Positions 27,991 through 35,618 of a DNA stretch of 42,242 nt are shown here, piece after piece. The notes beneath the pieces were generated by a model, which was not told the origin of the DNA, made no database searches, and was given only the letters and a program-made list of their open reading frames with translations. Position 1 is the stretch's first letter. Each line of letters opens with the position of its first letter. Made by a program: the position numbers and the translations under genes. This DNA is from a virus. Lineage: Duplodnaviria; Caudoviricetes. Where the stretch lies: the IMG/VR virus record IMGVR_UViG_3300017766_001517, positions 1 to 42,242 of that record. One strand, written 5' to 3'.

Positions 27991-28186
27991 CCTCCGCTAT
28001 CGCTACGTTCGCCTTGCGCGTCCTCGGCTTGATCGGACGGGTAGCGCCGCAACGGGCGCATTGGCTAAACTTTTCCGTCGCGCTTGGTTTGCCGCCAAAT
28101 TCCCCGACTTTTTGCGTGACTCTGCGCCATACGTGTTTGGCTTTCCACGCGCAGACCAGTTTCCCCACCATATCCATTAGGCTCAT
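27974..28186 (-). CDS. hypothetical protein
   Basis: C...H.W...CARCG; GGAGG RBS. Confidence 0.6.
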   Translation of the reverse strand: MSLMDMVGKLVCAWKAKHVWRRVTQKVGEFGGKPSATEKFSQCARCGATRPIKPRTRKANVAIAEGGGNG

Positions 28187-28641
28187 TTGCGGGCCTCCAG
28201 CAGTTCTGTATAGTCAACTCCGCGCATTTTCCAGTATCCTTTTCTTGCTGTGTAGTTCGCACATTGGCGACACATTCTTGTGCCGTCATAGCTCCTGATT
28301 ATCAGGTTGTGGCCGCTCAATTTATGCCCACGGATGCAACGAGTTTTGCGGCTATTTACTGCGCTGAAACCAATGCCACGCAAAATGTTTTCCTTCCAAG
28401 TCACGACCTCCAAATGATTCGGGTTGACGCAAGCGCGATTCCTGCAAAGATGGTCAATGCACTTGCCATCGGGGATTTTTGAGACAAACAGCATGTATGC
28501 AACCCGATGCGCCTGATACCCCTTCCCGTCCATGTGAAAATGTCCGTAGCCCTTGTCCGTTACACTCCCCCGCCATTGCCAGCATCCCCGCCCCATCTTG
28601 AATTTGGCGAAGAATCTGCTCACATGATGCATCTCGCTCAT
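28183..28641 (-). CDS. HNH endonuclease (HNH_3 type)
   Basis: CWQW.G...GYG...AHRVAY...DHLCRNRACVNPNHL...EN; C..GH...CRQC. Confidence 0.9.
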   Translation of the reverse strand: MSEMHHVSRFFAKFKMGRGCWQWRGSVTDKGYGHFHMDGKGYQAHRVAYMLFVSKIPDGKCIDHLCRNRACVNPNHLEVVTWKENILRGIGFSAVNSRKTRCIRGHKLSGHNLIIRSYDGTRMCRQCANYTARKGYWKMRGVDYTELLEARK

Positions 28642-28659
28642 GGTCGGGCCTTTTCGGGG

Positions 28660-28998
28660 TTAGGTGGATGTGGCTTTGGCAATGGCGAGATAAGCGTCGT
28701 CATAAGCAACTCGCATCGCAATTGCGTCGGCATCACTCATGCTTTCGGAGACTGCCCGTTGAGTCCTGTGCCCACATTTCTCTTTCAGCGCGATTAATGC
28801 GGCCAGCAGCTCCGGCGCAGCGGCGATCAGGCGGGCGCGTTGATACAGTTCGGATTCGTTTTTTTGAGATTCAACGCGCGCAATTGTTTCGGTGCGATCA
28901 TCGGATATATAGACGGACGTTTCAAGAATTCCTTCGGACACTGAAAACGCCGTTGATGCAACCCAGTTCTGCGGCCCTGCTGTGATTTTCGTTCCCAT
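28660..28998 (-). CDS. conserved phage hypothetical protein
   Basis: ARLIAAAPELL..L...AIAKA motif. Confidence 0.75.
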   Translation of the reverse strand: MGTKITAGPQNWVASTAFSVSEGILETSVYISDDRTETIARVESQKNESELYQRARLIAAAPELLAALIALKEKCGHRTQRAVSESMSDADAIAMRVAYDDAYLAIAKATST

Positions 28999-29025
28999 GT
29001 CGATTCCCCTTTTCCGTTGCGTGGT

Positions 29026-29223
29026 TTAGGCGGCGACGACAGTGTTCAGCGGGAAGCGCTCATCCTTGGTCAGCGCAACGCCGCGTCCGCATGACCGGCT
29101 ATAACGCTTGGCGGCGCTGATGCTGTCGTGAACCTTCAAATCGTCAACGCCATCTTTTGACTGAAACGTGGTCATGCCCTTGCGCAGGACTTTTGCGGTC
29201 TGGATTGCTTGCTGGCGGTTCAT
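29026..29223 (-). CDS. hypothetical protein
   Basis: AGGAG RBS, 65 aa, first gene after a candidate promoter. Confidence 0.7.
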   Translation of the reverse strand: MNRQQAIQTAKVLRKGMTTFQSKDGVDDLKVHDSISAAKRYSRSCGRGVALTKDERFPLNTVVAA

Positions 29224-29259
29224 GTGTTTCTCCTGTGTGATTGCGTTATTGACAGCGCC

Positions 29260-29288
29260 ACTGTCGCATAATGCGAATCAACGTGCAA
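29260..29288 (-). promoter_or_regulatory. candidate leftward promoter with palindromic operator
   Basis: A-rich UP region, TTGCAC-17 bp-GACAGT (weak -10), palindrome TCGCAT-A-ATGCGA at 29264-29276. Confidence 0.4.
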
Positions 29289-29445
29289 GCACTTTTTTAA
29301 CTTTCTTTTTATCCTTTGTTTTCAATGCCCTATATAGGGTAGACGGCCATATCCCGGTCATACTGCAAGCCTCATAGACAGTTTTCCCGCTTTCGATGAC
29401 TAACCGCATGGCCTGCTGAACCTCTGCTGACTGTCGTGCTGGCAT
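29278..29445 (-). CDS. small HTH DNA-binding protein (55 aa; not in the ORF track)
   Basis: MPARQSAEVQQAMRLVIESGKTVYEACSMTGIWPSTLYRALK...; AAGGAGG RBS; psq/Hin-like HTH pattern. Confidence 0.75.
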   Translation of the reverse strand: MPARQSAEVQQAMRLVIESGKTVYEACSMTGIWPSTLYRALKTKDKKKVKKVLAR

Positions 29446-29465
29446 AGTTGCCTCCTTGTAGCCGG

Positions 29466-29517
29466 ATTCTATACCGTCGCGTTAAGCGTTGCAATACGCG
29501 AAAAGGCGTGATACTTT
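29466..29517. promoter_or_regulatory. back-to-back sigma70 promoters sharing one palindromic -35
   Basis: TTGCAA at 29489-29494; plus strand 17 bp to TGn-TACTTT (29512-29517); minus strand 17 bp to TAGAAT (29466-29471). Confidence 0.7.
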
Positions 29518-29524
29518 ACGGCAT

Positions 29525-29624
29525 CGGGGCGCGCTCTGGTGGAGACCAGAATGGAAGCGTTCAGCATCGGATACCCATGGGCTTGCTACCCGGAAGCAGG
29601 TATAAAACCCTGCCGCCCCGACCA
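29525..29624 (+). ncRNA. tRNA-like structured RNA ending in ACCA
   Basis: 7-bp CGGGGCG/CGCCCCG stem + A + CCA, adjacent 5-bp GCAGG/CCTGC hairpin, internal TCTGGT-GGAG-ACCAGA hairpin; starts at the predicted TSS. Confidence 0.55.
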
Positions 29625-29686
29625 CTAGACCACCACTTTGAATCGCAGCACAAATTTGAATCAGCACAACCGCAGGAGGGGGATGT

Positions 29687-29932
29687 ATGGACAGTAAGAT
29701 GGAATGGAAAAGTGTTGAGGATATGCCGATTACCGCGCCGAAAGATAATCCCGGGGGCCGCATCAAGATTCTTTTGTATAGCCCGAACTTTGGAATTCGT
29801 GATGCGCTGCTGTTTAATCACTGGAACGATATCAAGGTTGCATCCGTGTCGAATCTTCATGGCTGCGCTATCCGTGACTGGGGCGCTACTCACTGGATGC
29901 ATCTCCCCGCCGCCCCGGAGAAATCAGCATGA
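29687..29932 (+). CDS. DUF551-like hypothetical protein
   Basis: MEWKSVEDMP...ATHWMHLPAAP; AGGAGG RBS. Confidence 0.7.
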   Translation: MDSKMEWKSVEDMPITAPKDNPGGRIKILLYSPNFGIRDALLFNHWNDIKVASVSNLHGCAIRDWGATHWMHLPAAPEKSA

Positions 29933-30402
29933 CCCTACAAGCCGCCAACGCTGCCCGAGAAAAAGCCGCGCACAAGCACAAAATCGCGGCATACGTCACG
30001 CAACATTACGCTGAGACACGTAAGCCAGTCTGCCAGTCCGACATCATCACGGCGCTAAAAGTCTGCAAAGCCACAGTTAACCGCGCAGTCAAGGAATTGC
30101 AAACTGAGCAGAAAATCCACTGTATCGGCACGGCTGCGGATGCAGATCGAGATGATATTACGGCGAATACTCGGCTATATGGGCCGCTGAGTGCGCCGGT
30201 GATCGTGCGCTCATCATTCAATTACACGCCGCAGCCTCAGAGAACCTTTTGGGAAAAGCCTCCGGTGCGCGAGAGTGCTGTCAAGCAGCCGCGATACAAA
30301 GGCGCTGTAGGCAACAAATATGTGCCGGAATTCCGTCCCTCATCTGGCCGCGAATTCTGGACGCACAAGGAATTGTGCTTGATTGCTAGGGGGAGGCCGT
30401 GA
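29929..30402 (+). CDS. winged-helix DNA-binding protein
   Basis: QSDIITALKVCKATVNRAVKELQTEQKI. Confidence 0.65.
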   Translation: MTLQAANAAREKAAHKHKIAAYVTQHYAETRKPVCQSDIITALKVCKATVNRAVKELQTEQKIHCIGTAADADRDDITANTRLYGPLSAPVIVRSSFNYTPQPQRTFWEKPPVRESAVKQPRYKGAVGNKYVPEFRPSSGREFWTHKELCLIARGRP

Positions 30403-30725
30403 TGACGGACAGCGAAATTAACGCCAAGTGTGCGGAAAAGATGGGGATTCCGTATCAAGTCGCAAATACCGGCAGTTTTGTCGCGTTAATGAATCATCCG
30501 ACGCAGGGCTATAACGGTCGCTATGACCCGCTTCGAAATGATACCCAATGCTTCGAACTGGTAAAGAAGCTGGAGATTGTTTTACTTAAGTCTGGGCCGA
30601 AGTGGCAGGCGCAATTAGCGGCTGATTGGAGTGCGGCGGAAGAATGGTCAACTGCTGGCACCCCGTATGCCGATAACGCAGATGTAAATCGCGCTATCTG
30701 CGAACTCGTCGCCAAACTCCCATGA
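30399..30725 (+). CDS. NinX-like hypothetical protein (copy 1)
   Basis: MTD.EIN..CA...YDP..ND.QCF.L...RAIC. Confidence 0.6.
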   Translation: MMTDSEINAKCAEKMGIPYQVANTGSFVALMNHPTQGYNGRYDPLRNDTQCFELVKKLEIVLLKSGPKWQAQLAADWSAAEEWSTAGTPYADNADVNRAICELVAKLP

Positions 30726-31294
30726 CCCGCCCCCCAAGCCGCAGAGGAGCGATACAGTTCCTCGGGTTTAAAACGAGCCACGCCGAGTATAAGCGCCAGA
30801 TACAGACCGCACTTGGCCACCTTGCCGCAGCCTCCGGTATGCCGACGCCTGCTGAGCAACTGGCGATCAGCACAGCGAAGCCAAAACAGACTCGCGCCAA
30901 GCCGGGAGCGGATGGACGGAAATTGGAAAGCGAGGTTCAGGCGGAGATTATCAAGTATCTGTTGCAGCATCCGGCTGTGGCGATGGTGGAGCGCATCAAT
31001 AGCGGTGCCGTGTATGGCGCGGAAGGTCAGTTCATCCGATTCCATACGATTTACAAACCGAAATATATTCAGTATTCACCAATGCGCGTGGTTGATCTAT
31101 CGGTCACATTGACGGACGCGACTCGCATGGTGATTGAGTGCAAGCGCGAGGGATGGTCGAAGCCGTCAGACCAACGTGAGCAGGAGCAGGCCAATTACCT
31201 CGCGCATATCCGCAAGTGTGGTGGCATCGGCATCTTCGCCACTTCGACGGATGATGTGAGGGTGGCGCTACTCGCCGCCGGTTATGGTGAGTAA
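30722..31294 (+). CDS. VRR-NUC domain nuclease (possible Holliday junction resolvase)
   Basis: ESEVQ..I, DL, IECKR, Q..Y...I...GG.G..ATS.DDV. Confidence 0.8.
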   Translation: MTRPPSRRGAIQFLGFKTSHAEYKRQIQTALGHLAAASGMPTPAEQLAISTAKPKQTRAKPGADGRKLESEVQAEIIKYLLQHPAVAMVERINSGAVYGAEGQFIRFHTIYKPKYIQYSPMRVVDLSVTLTDATRMVIECKREGWSKPSDQREQEQANYLAHIRKCGGIGIFATSTDDVRVALLAAGYGE

Positions 31295-31335
31295 TCGCGC
31301 TGCGGCGAATCCGCAGATTACAGAGGGGAATTGAT

Positions 31336-31506
31336 ATGTTTGGTTCTGAAACCGATGAGAAAATTGAGGCTCTTGAGCGCAGCGTTAAATGGGCCAACGA
31401 AAGAATCGAAGATGAGCGCGAAAAGCGATGGGAGTGTGAGAAAAAGCTAGACACACTAATGCGCCACCTTAAGCTGAAATTTGAGGACGTTGAGCGCCAT
31501 TGGTGA
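31336..31506 (+). CDS. small coiled-coil protein (56 aa; not in the ORF track)
   Basis: GAGGGG RBS, charged heptad pattern. Confidence 0.55.
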   Translation: MFGSETDEKIEALERSVKWANERIEDEREKRWECEKKLDTLMRHLKLKFEDVERHW

Positions 31507-31520
31507 ATCTCTAAATTGCC

Positions 31521-31769
31521 ATGACCCCAATCCGCCCCGTAACCATACTCCACACCCACACCACCCTCCGCCGCACATTAACCGCAGCGGCGATGGGCGT
31601 GGCAATCGGATTCGCGGCCGCGATCACATGCCTGCAATACGTCGAGCCACCCGCGCAGACCGAAGCTGAGCGCATCCTGGAATCCGCCTGCCGACTCGGG
31701 CCGGAGATGGGCGCGTTTGCTTGGCAGCATCGACGGGAATCAGGCGTTGAGTGTGGGCGCTACCGATAG
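31521..31769 (+). CDS. hypothetical membrane protein
   Basis: One hydrophobic segment. Confidence 0.5.
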   Translation: MTPIRPVTILHTHTTLRRTLTAAAMGVAIGFAAAITCLQYVEPPAQTEAERILESACRLGPEMGAFAWQHRRESGVECGRYR

Positions 31770-31780
31770 CGGAGGTTGTG

Positions 31781-32098
31781 ATGACTGATTTGGAAATAAT
31801 TAAAAGGTGCGCCGTAAAAGAGGGCCGAACGGTGCGCCCGTTTACCGCCAAGAGCGCCGTCTGTTATGACGTAAGCGATAGCGCGATTGTCGCGTCGAAT
31901 TCTCGTGGCGGCGATGATATTTACGACCCGACAACCAATGACGCCCAATGCTTCGCTCTAATGAAAAAACTAAAACTAATCATCGGCTACGAAATCGAGC
32001 GTGACGCATGGGTGGCGATGCACAACCCGACTGATTCGGGCGTTCGGGATGCTGATGCTAATCGTGCGATATGCGTTTGCGTTGCAAATCTGAAATAA
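31781..32098 (+). CDS. NinX-like hypothetical protein (copy 2)
   Basis: GGAGG RBS; same motifs as 30399..30725. Confidence 0.65.
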   Translation: MTDLEIIKRCAVKEGRTVRPFTAKSAVCYDVSDSAIVASNSRGGDDIYDPTTNDAQCFALMKKLKLIIGYEIERDAWVAMHNPTDSGVRDADANRAICVCVANLK

Positions 32099-32122
32099 AT
32101 CCCAATGAAAGGAGGTGATACC

Positions 32123-32185
32123 GTGCAAACTATGAAAAAATCCAAAGGCAAAGGCAAGTCGGGCGGCGGCAAGCGGAAGTGCTGA
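32123..32185 (+). CDS. 20-aa Lys/Gly micro-protein
   Basis: AAAGGAGGTGAT SD then GTG...: MQTMKKSKGKGKSGGGKRKC (ATG 32132 is an alternative start). Confidence 0.55.
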   Translation: MQTMKKSKGKGKSGGGKRKC

Positions 32186-32209
32186 GCGATAGCTGAGCAC
32201 CAGTTGATG

Positions 32210-32302
32210 TTGTCGTTATAATAATACTCGCGGTATACTTCGTGTGCCGGGACATTGGGATAGCTTCCTACGTCTCGCCGCTTTCGGGACTTACCGGCAC
32301 AC
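32210..32302 (+). promoter_or_regulatory. promoter and structured leader of the replication operon
   Basis: TTGTCG-18 bp-TATACT, then a 9-bp GTGTGCCGG/CCGGCACAC stem enclosing sub-hairpins. Confidence 0.55.
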
Positions 32303-32326
32303 ATTCAATCTAAGCGGAGATGAGTA

Positions 32327-32563
32327 ATGGATTTTTATATGTTGTGGGTAGCCGGAAAAGGCAAGCCCACGAAGATTTACCCCACTCATGACGCGGCACT
32401 CGCTGGCGTCAAATACCTAAAAACTCAAGGCGTTACCAGAGAGATTTACATTCTCAAGCCCGTGGAGATTGTTCCAGGCCGAAAACTCCTGACGCTACCC
32501 AAGCAATTGCAGACGGATTTGGTCGAGCCGAAGTCCGAAGCAAAGGATGGCAATCATGGCTGA
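32327..32563 (+). CDS. hypothetical protein
   Basis: GGAG RBS, overlaps the primase start. Confidence 0.65.
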   Translation: MDFYMLWVAGKGKPTKIYPTHDAALAGVKYLKTQGVTREIYILKPVEIVPGRKLLTLPKQLQTDLVEPKSEAKDGNHG

Positions 32564-35036
32564 GAAAATCGACACTGAGGCCATTCTCGCCGCAACCGAC
32601 CTAGTGACCCTCGTCAGCCGCTACACAGAGCTGACACCAAAGGGCCGCGAATACGTCGGCAAGTGCGTAAACCATTCGCCGGACAACCATCCGAGCATGT
32701 ATGTGGTGCCTGAAAAGGGCTTCGTCACATGCTTTAGCTGCGGCTGGACAGTCAACGCGATTACCTTCCTGCAACACGTCGAGCAGATTGATTTTAAGGA
32801 ATCGTGCAAGCGGTTGCTGAATGGCAGCGGCACAGCCAACACAGAGAACAAAGCGCCAAAGCGTAAGTTAGCCAAACCAGCGCCCCGCAAGACATTCGCA
32901 CCACCTCTGGGCTCCGAAGCGCCGGACATGAAAATCAAGGCGCTAGGCGAACCCACGGCCACCTATACCTATCACGATATAACCGGCAACACGTTGGGCT
33001 ATGTGGCCCGATATCAGGATGGTGACGGTAAAACGATGCGCTGTTGGTCTTGGGGTGCGCGGTCAGACACAGACCCGCCCAAATGGGAGTGCGGCCACTT
33101 CGCAACACCGCGACCACTATATAACCTGCACAACATCCATGAGCATCCAAACTCGCAGGTGATGCTGGTCGAGGGCGAGAAGACCGCTGATGCAGCGCAG
33201 CAACTATTCCCGGGCGTAGTCGCCGCCACCTGGCCAGCAGGCGCAATGGCAATCGACCGCGTGGACTGGACTCAATTCAAGGGCCGCAAGGTCGTTCTCG
33301 TCCCAGACGCCGACGAACCCGGCAGGCAAGCCATGTCGCGCATTGCCGCCTACCTCTACGAGAACGGCGCAATCGAGGTCAAGGGCGTGGACAGCGAAAC
33401 ACAGCCTGACGGCACGATATCACCGGAAGGATGGGATTTGGCCGACGCTCTCACCGATGGTTGGACGCCTGACGAGGCAATGGCATGGGCAAAGGCGCGA
33501 GTGACGGTTTACCCGAACCCTTTAAATGAGCCGCCAACCACGCCCGCGCCACCAAACGCGCCGACACACGACCCCAAGCCAACCGACGCAGCCACGGCCC
33601 AAATAACCGCGCCTGAGCCGAAATCTGAGCCTAAATCCACCACACAAGCCAAACCAGACCTCGGCGTGGTAGACGGCAACACCGTTCGCAAGCCAAAAAA
33701 ACAGGAAATCGACCCAGAGGCCGAACTGCCGCCAGAGTTCAGCGAGTCAGGCATGGCCCGCGCATGGGTAGAGAAACACGGGCAAGACTGGAAATACACC
33801 GCCAAGTGGAAGGCGTGGCACAAATGGGATGGCAAAACGTGGGTGCGCGACGAAAAGAACAGCATCACCTGGACGATTGACGAGCATTGCCGCCGCCAAC
33901 AGGCCGAGGCCTACGCACTCACGCCAATCCAAAAACAACGCATCTGCACCATTAAAAACTTCAACGCAATCAATCATTTGTCGGGTGCGAACCCAGATTG
34001 CGCGATAACGCCCGATCAATGGGATGCCAACCCGATGATGCTAGGCACACCTGACGGCATCGTTGACCTCACCTGCGGCAAGTTGGTGGAAGCCGAGCGC
34101 GACCAGCTTATCAGCCGCAAGACCAGCGTAAGCCCACAAGCAGGCCCGCATCCGTGGTGGGATTCCGTCCTAGCCCGCGCCCACAAAGGCGACCCCAATG
34201 TGGCCGCGTTCATCCATAGATGGTGCGGTTACATGCTGACCGGCGACACCCGCGAGGAGCGATTCCTGTTTGTGCATGGTGCTGGCGGCGGCGGCAAGTC
34301 CAAGTTCCTGACACCATTGGTTGAGATCATGAATGACTACTGCACCACGGCGAAGATGGAGTCATTCACCGCCAAAGAGAAGAACGAACACAGTGAGGAA
34401 ATCGCAAGGCTGGCAGGTGCGCGATTGGTCACAGCCTCCGAAACCGAGGACGGCGCAAGGTGGAATGAGTCCAGAATTAAGCAGTTAACAGGCCGCGACA
34501 AGATATCAGCAAGGCACATGCACCAGTCCACGTTCGAGTTCCAGCCACAGTTCAAACTGGTGTTCATCGGCAACCACCGCCCAGCCCTGCGGTCAGTTGG
34601 CGAGGAAATGCGCCGCCGTATCGACCTGCTCGAATGGTCTGGCAGTATACCCGACGAGCAGCGCATCCTAGACCTGCCAGAGCGACTCAAGCTCGAATAC
34701 CCCGCCATCCTGCATTGGATGGTGCAAGGCTGCATCCTGTGGCAAGAGCAAGGACTCGGACGCCCAACCGCCATCACCGCAGCTACAGACGAGTATCTGA
34801 GCGCAGAGGACACGTTGGGCGCATGGATGGATGACCGCATTACGTTGGCGTCGCCGGATTACAAGACGCTTATAGGTGACTTATACCTAGACTTCAAGCG
34901 ATGGGCCGAGAAGCAAGGAGAGTTCGTTTTGAGTCAAAAAAGGTTTAGCCAGAAGGTCGAGGACAGAGGATTCCAGCGTTACAGGGATTCAAAGGGCCGA
35001 TATTTCAAGGGCATCGACCTAAAGATAGATATTTGA
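32547..35036 (+). CDS. primase-helicase (CHC2 Zn finger, TOPRIM, D5_N, SF3 helicase; P4-alpha-like)
   Basis: C..H...CFSCG; LVEGEKTAD...DAD..G; GAGGGGKS Walker A; ASE Walker B; IKQLTGRD; GNHRP. Confidence 0.92.
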   Translation: MAIMAEKIDTEAILAATDLVTLVSRYTELTPKGREYVGKCVNHSPDNHPSMYVVPEKGFVTCFSCGWTVNAITFLQHVEQIDFKESCKRLLNGSGTANTENKAPKRKLAKPAPRKTFAPPLGSEAPDMKIKALGEPTATYTYHDITGNTLGYVARYQDGDGKTMRCWSWGARSDTDPPKWECGHFATPRPLYNLHNIHEHPNSQVMLVEGEKTADAAQQLFPGVVAATWPAGAMAIDRVDWTQFKGRKVVLVPDADEPGRQAMSRIAAYLYENGAIEVKGVDSETQPDGTISPEGWDLADALTDGWTPDEAMAWAKARVTVYPNPLNEPPTTPAPPNAPTHDPKPTDAATAQITAPEPKSEPKSTTQAKPDLGVVDGNTVRKPKKQEIDPEAELPPEFSESGMARAWVEKHGQDWKYTAKWKAWHKWDGKTWVRDEKNSITWTIDEHCRRQQAEAYALTPIQKQRICTIKNFNAINHLSGANPDCAITPDQWDANPMMLGTPDGIVDLTCGKLVEAERDQLISRKTSVSPQAGPHPWWDSVLARAHKGDPNVAAFIHRWCGYMLTGDTREERFLFVHGAGGGGKSKFLTPLVEIMNDYCTTAKMESFTAKEKNEHSEEIARLAGARLVTASETEDGARWNESRIKQLTGRDKISARHMHQSTFEFQPQFKLVFIGNHRPALRSVGEEMRRRIDLLEWSGSIPDEQRILDLPERLKLEYPAILHWMVQGCILWQEQGLGRPTAITAATDEYLSAEDTLGAWMDDRITLASPDYKTLIGDLYLDFKRWAEKQGEFVLSQKRFSQKVEDRGFQRYRDSKGRYFKGIDLKIDI

Positions 35037-35206
35037 ATAAACCGTCACAATCCGTCATTAGTTCACATAGTGTTGGAATGACGCTTAAAATGACAGATGA
35101 CACATTGTGACGGTTTATACCTAAACTCCCTTCCCGTGCGCGCACGTTGCACAAATATAGGTTTCTCCCGTCATCATCTGTCATCTGTCATTGGTCGATG
35201 TGTCAC
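35037..35206. other. probable replication origin (TGAC/GTCA iterons)
   Basis: About ten RTGAC/GTCAY cores in both orientations, with 15-bp and 14-bp perfect inverted repeats, immediately after the primase-helicase. Confidence 0.7.
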
Positions 35207-35404
35207 AGATTTTTAAGATCGACACGTTAGTTAGCACTCACTAACCGAAAACGCCCTGTTTCCCGGATGCCGATGCCGTCCGCCAGTGTCGCGCATACGC
35301 AACAATGCGGGCCGAACGCAGCGCAGCATATGCACATAACGTGTGATGACTGCCTGAACGCAGCGTAAGTCATTGATATGTATACGTTGGTGCGATGCAT
35401 CACT

Positions 35405-35432
35405 ATTTAACATAATAGCTATTATGCGCAAT
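35405..35432 (-). other. dif-like XerC/XerD recombination site
   Basis: Minus strand ATTGCGCATAA-TAGCTA-TTATGTTAAAT versus E. coli dif GGTGCGCATAA-TGTATA-TTATGTTAAAT: XerD arm 11/11, XerC arm 9/11; intergenic. Confidence 0.88.
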
Positions 35433-35580
35433 GCGTGAATGTTTGTGAGTGCTTACTGACTTGGCTGAGCTGACCAGGGGGGGCTTGATGCTGTGGACAC
35501 GGGCAAGGGGCGACTGTGTGCGCGCATATGCACGTCTGCCCCACGCCGCAGTTTTAACTCGCCCGTATGTGAGCACACAC

Positions 35581-35609
35581 TTGCACAGTAAATGCCAATG
35601 GCGTATAAG
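35581..35609 (+). promoter_or_regulatory. candidate promoter of the packaging/late operon
   Basis: TTGCAC-17 bp-TATAAG, ATG at 35619 just downstream. Confidence 0.55.
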
Positions 35610-35618
35610 CCTTTGCTC

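Noticed and set aside
29262-29290. Second dif-like site (TCGCATAATG)
   Set aside because: Only resembles a XerC arm; no XerD arm follows, and it is better explained as a palindromic operator
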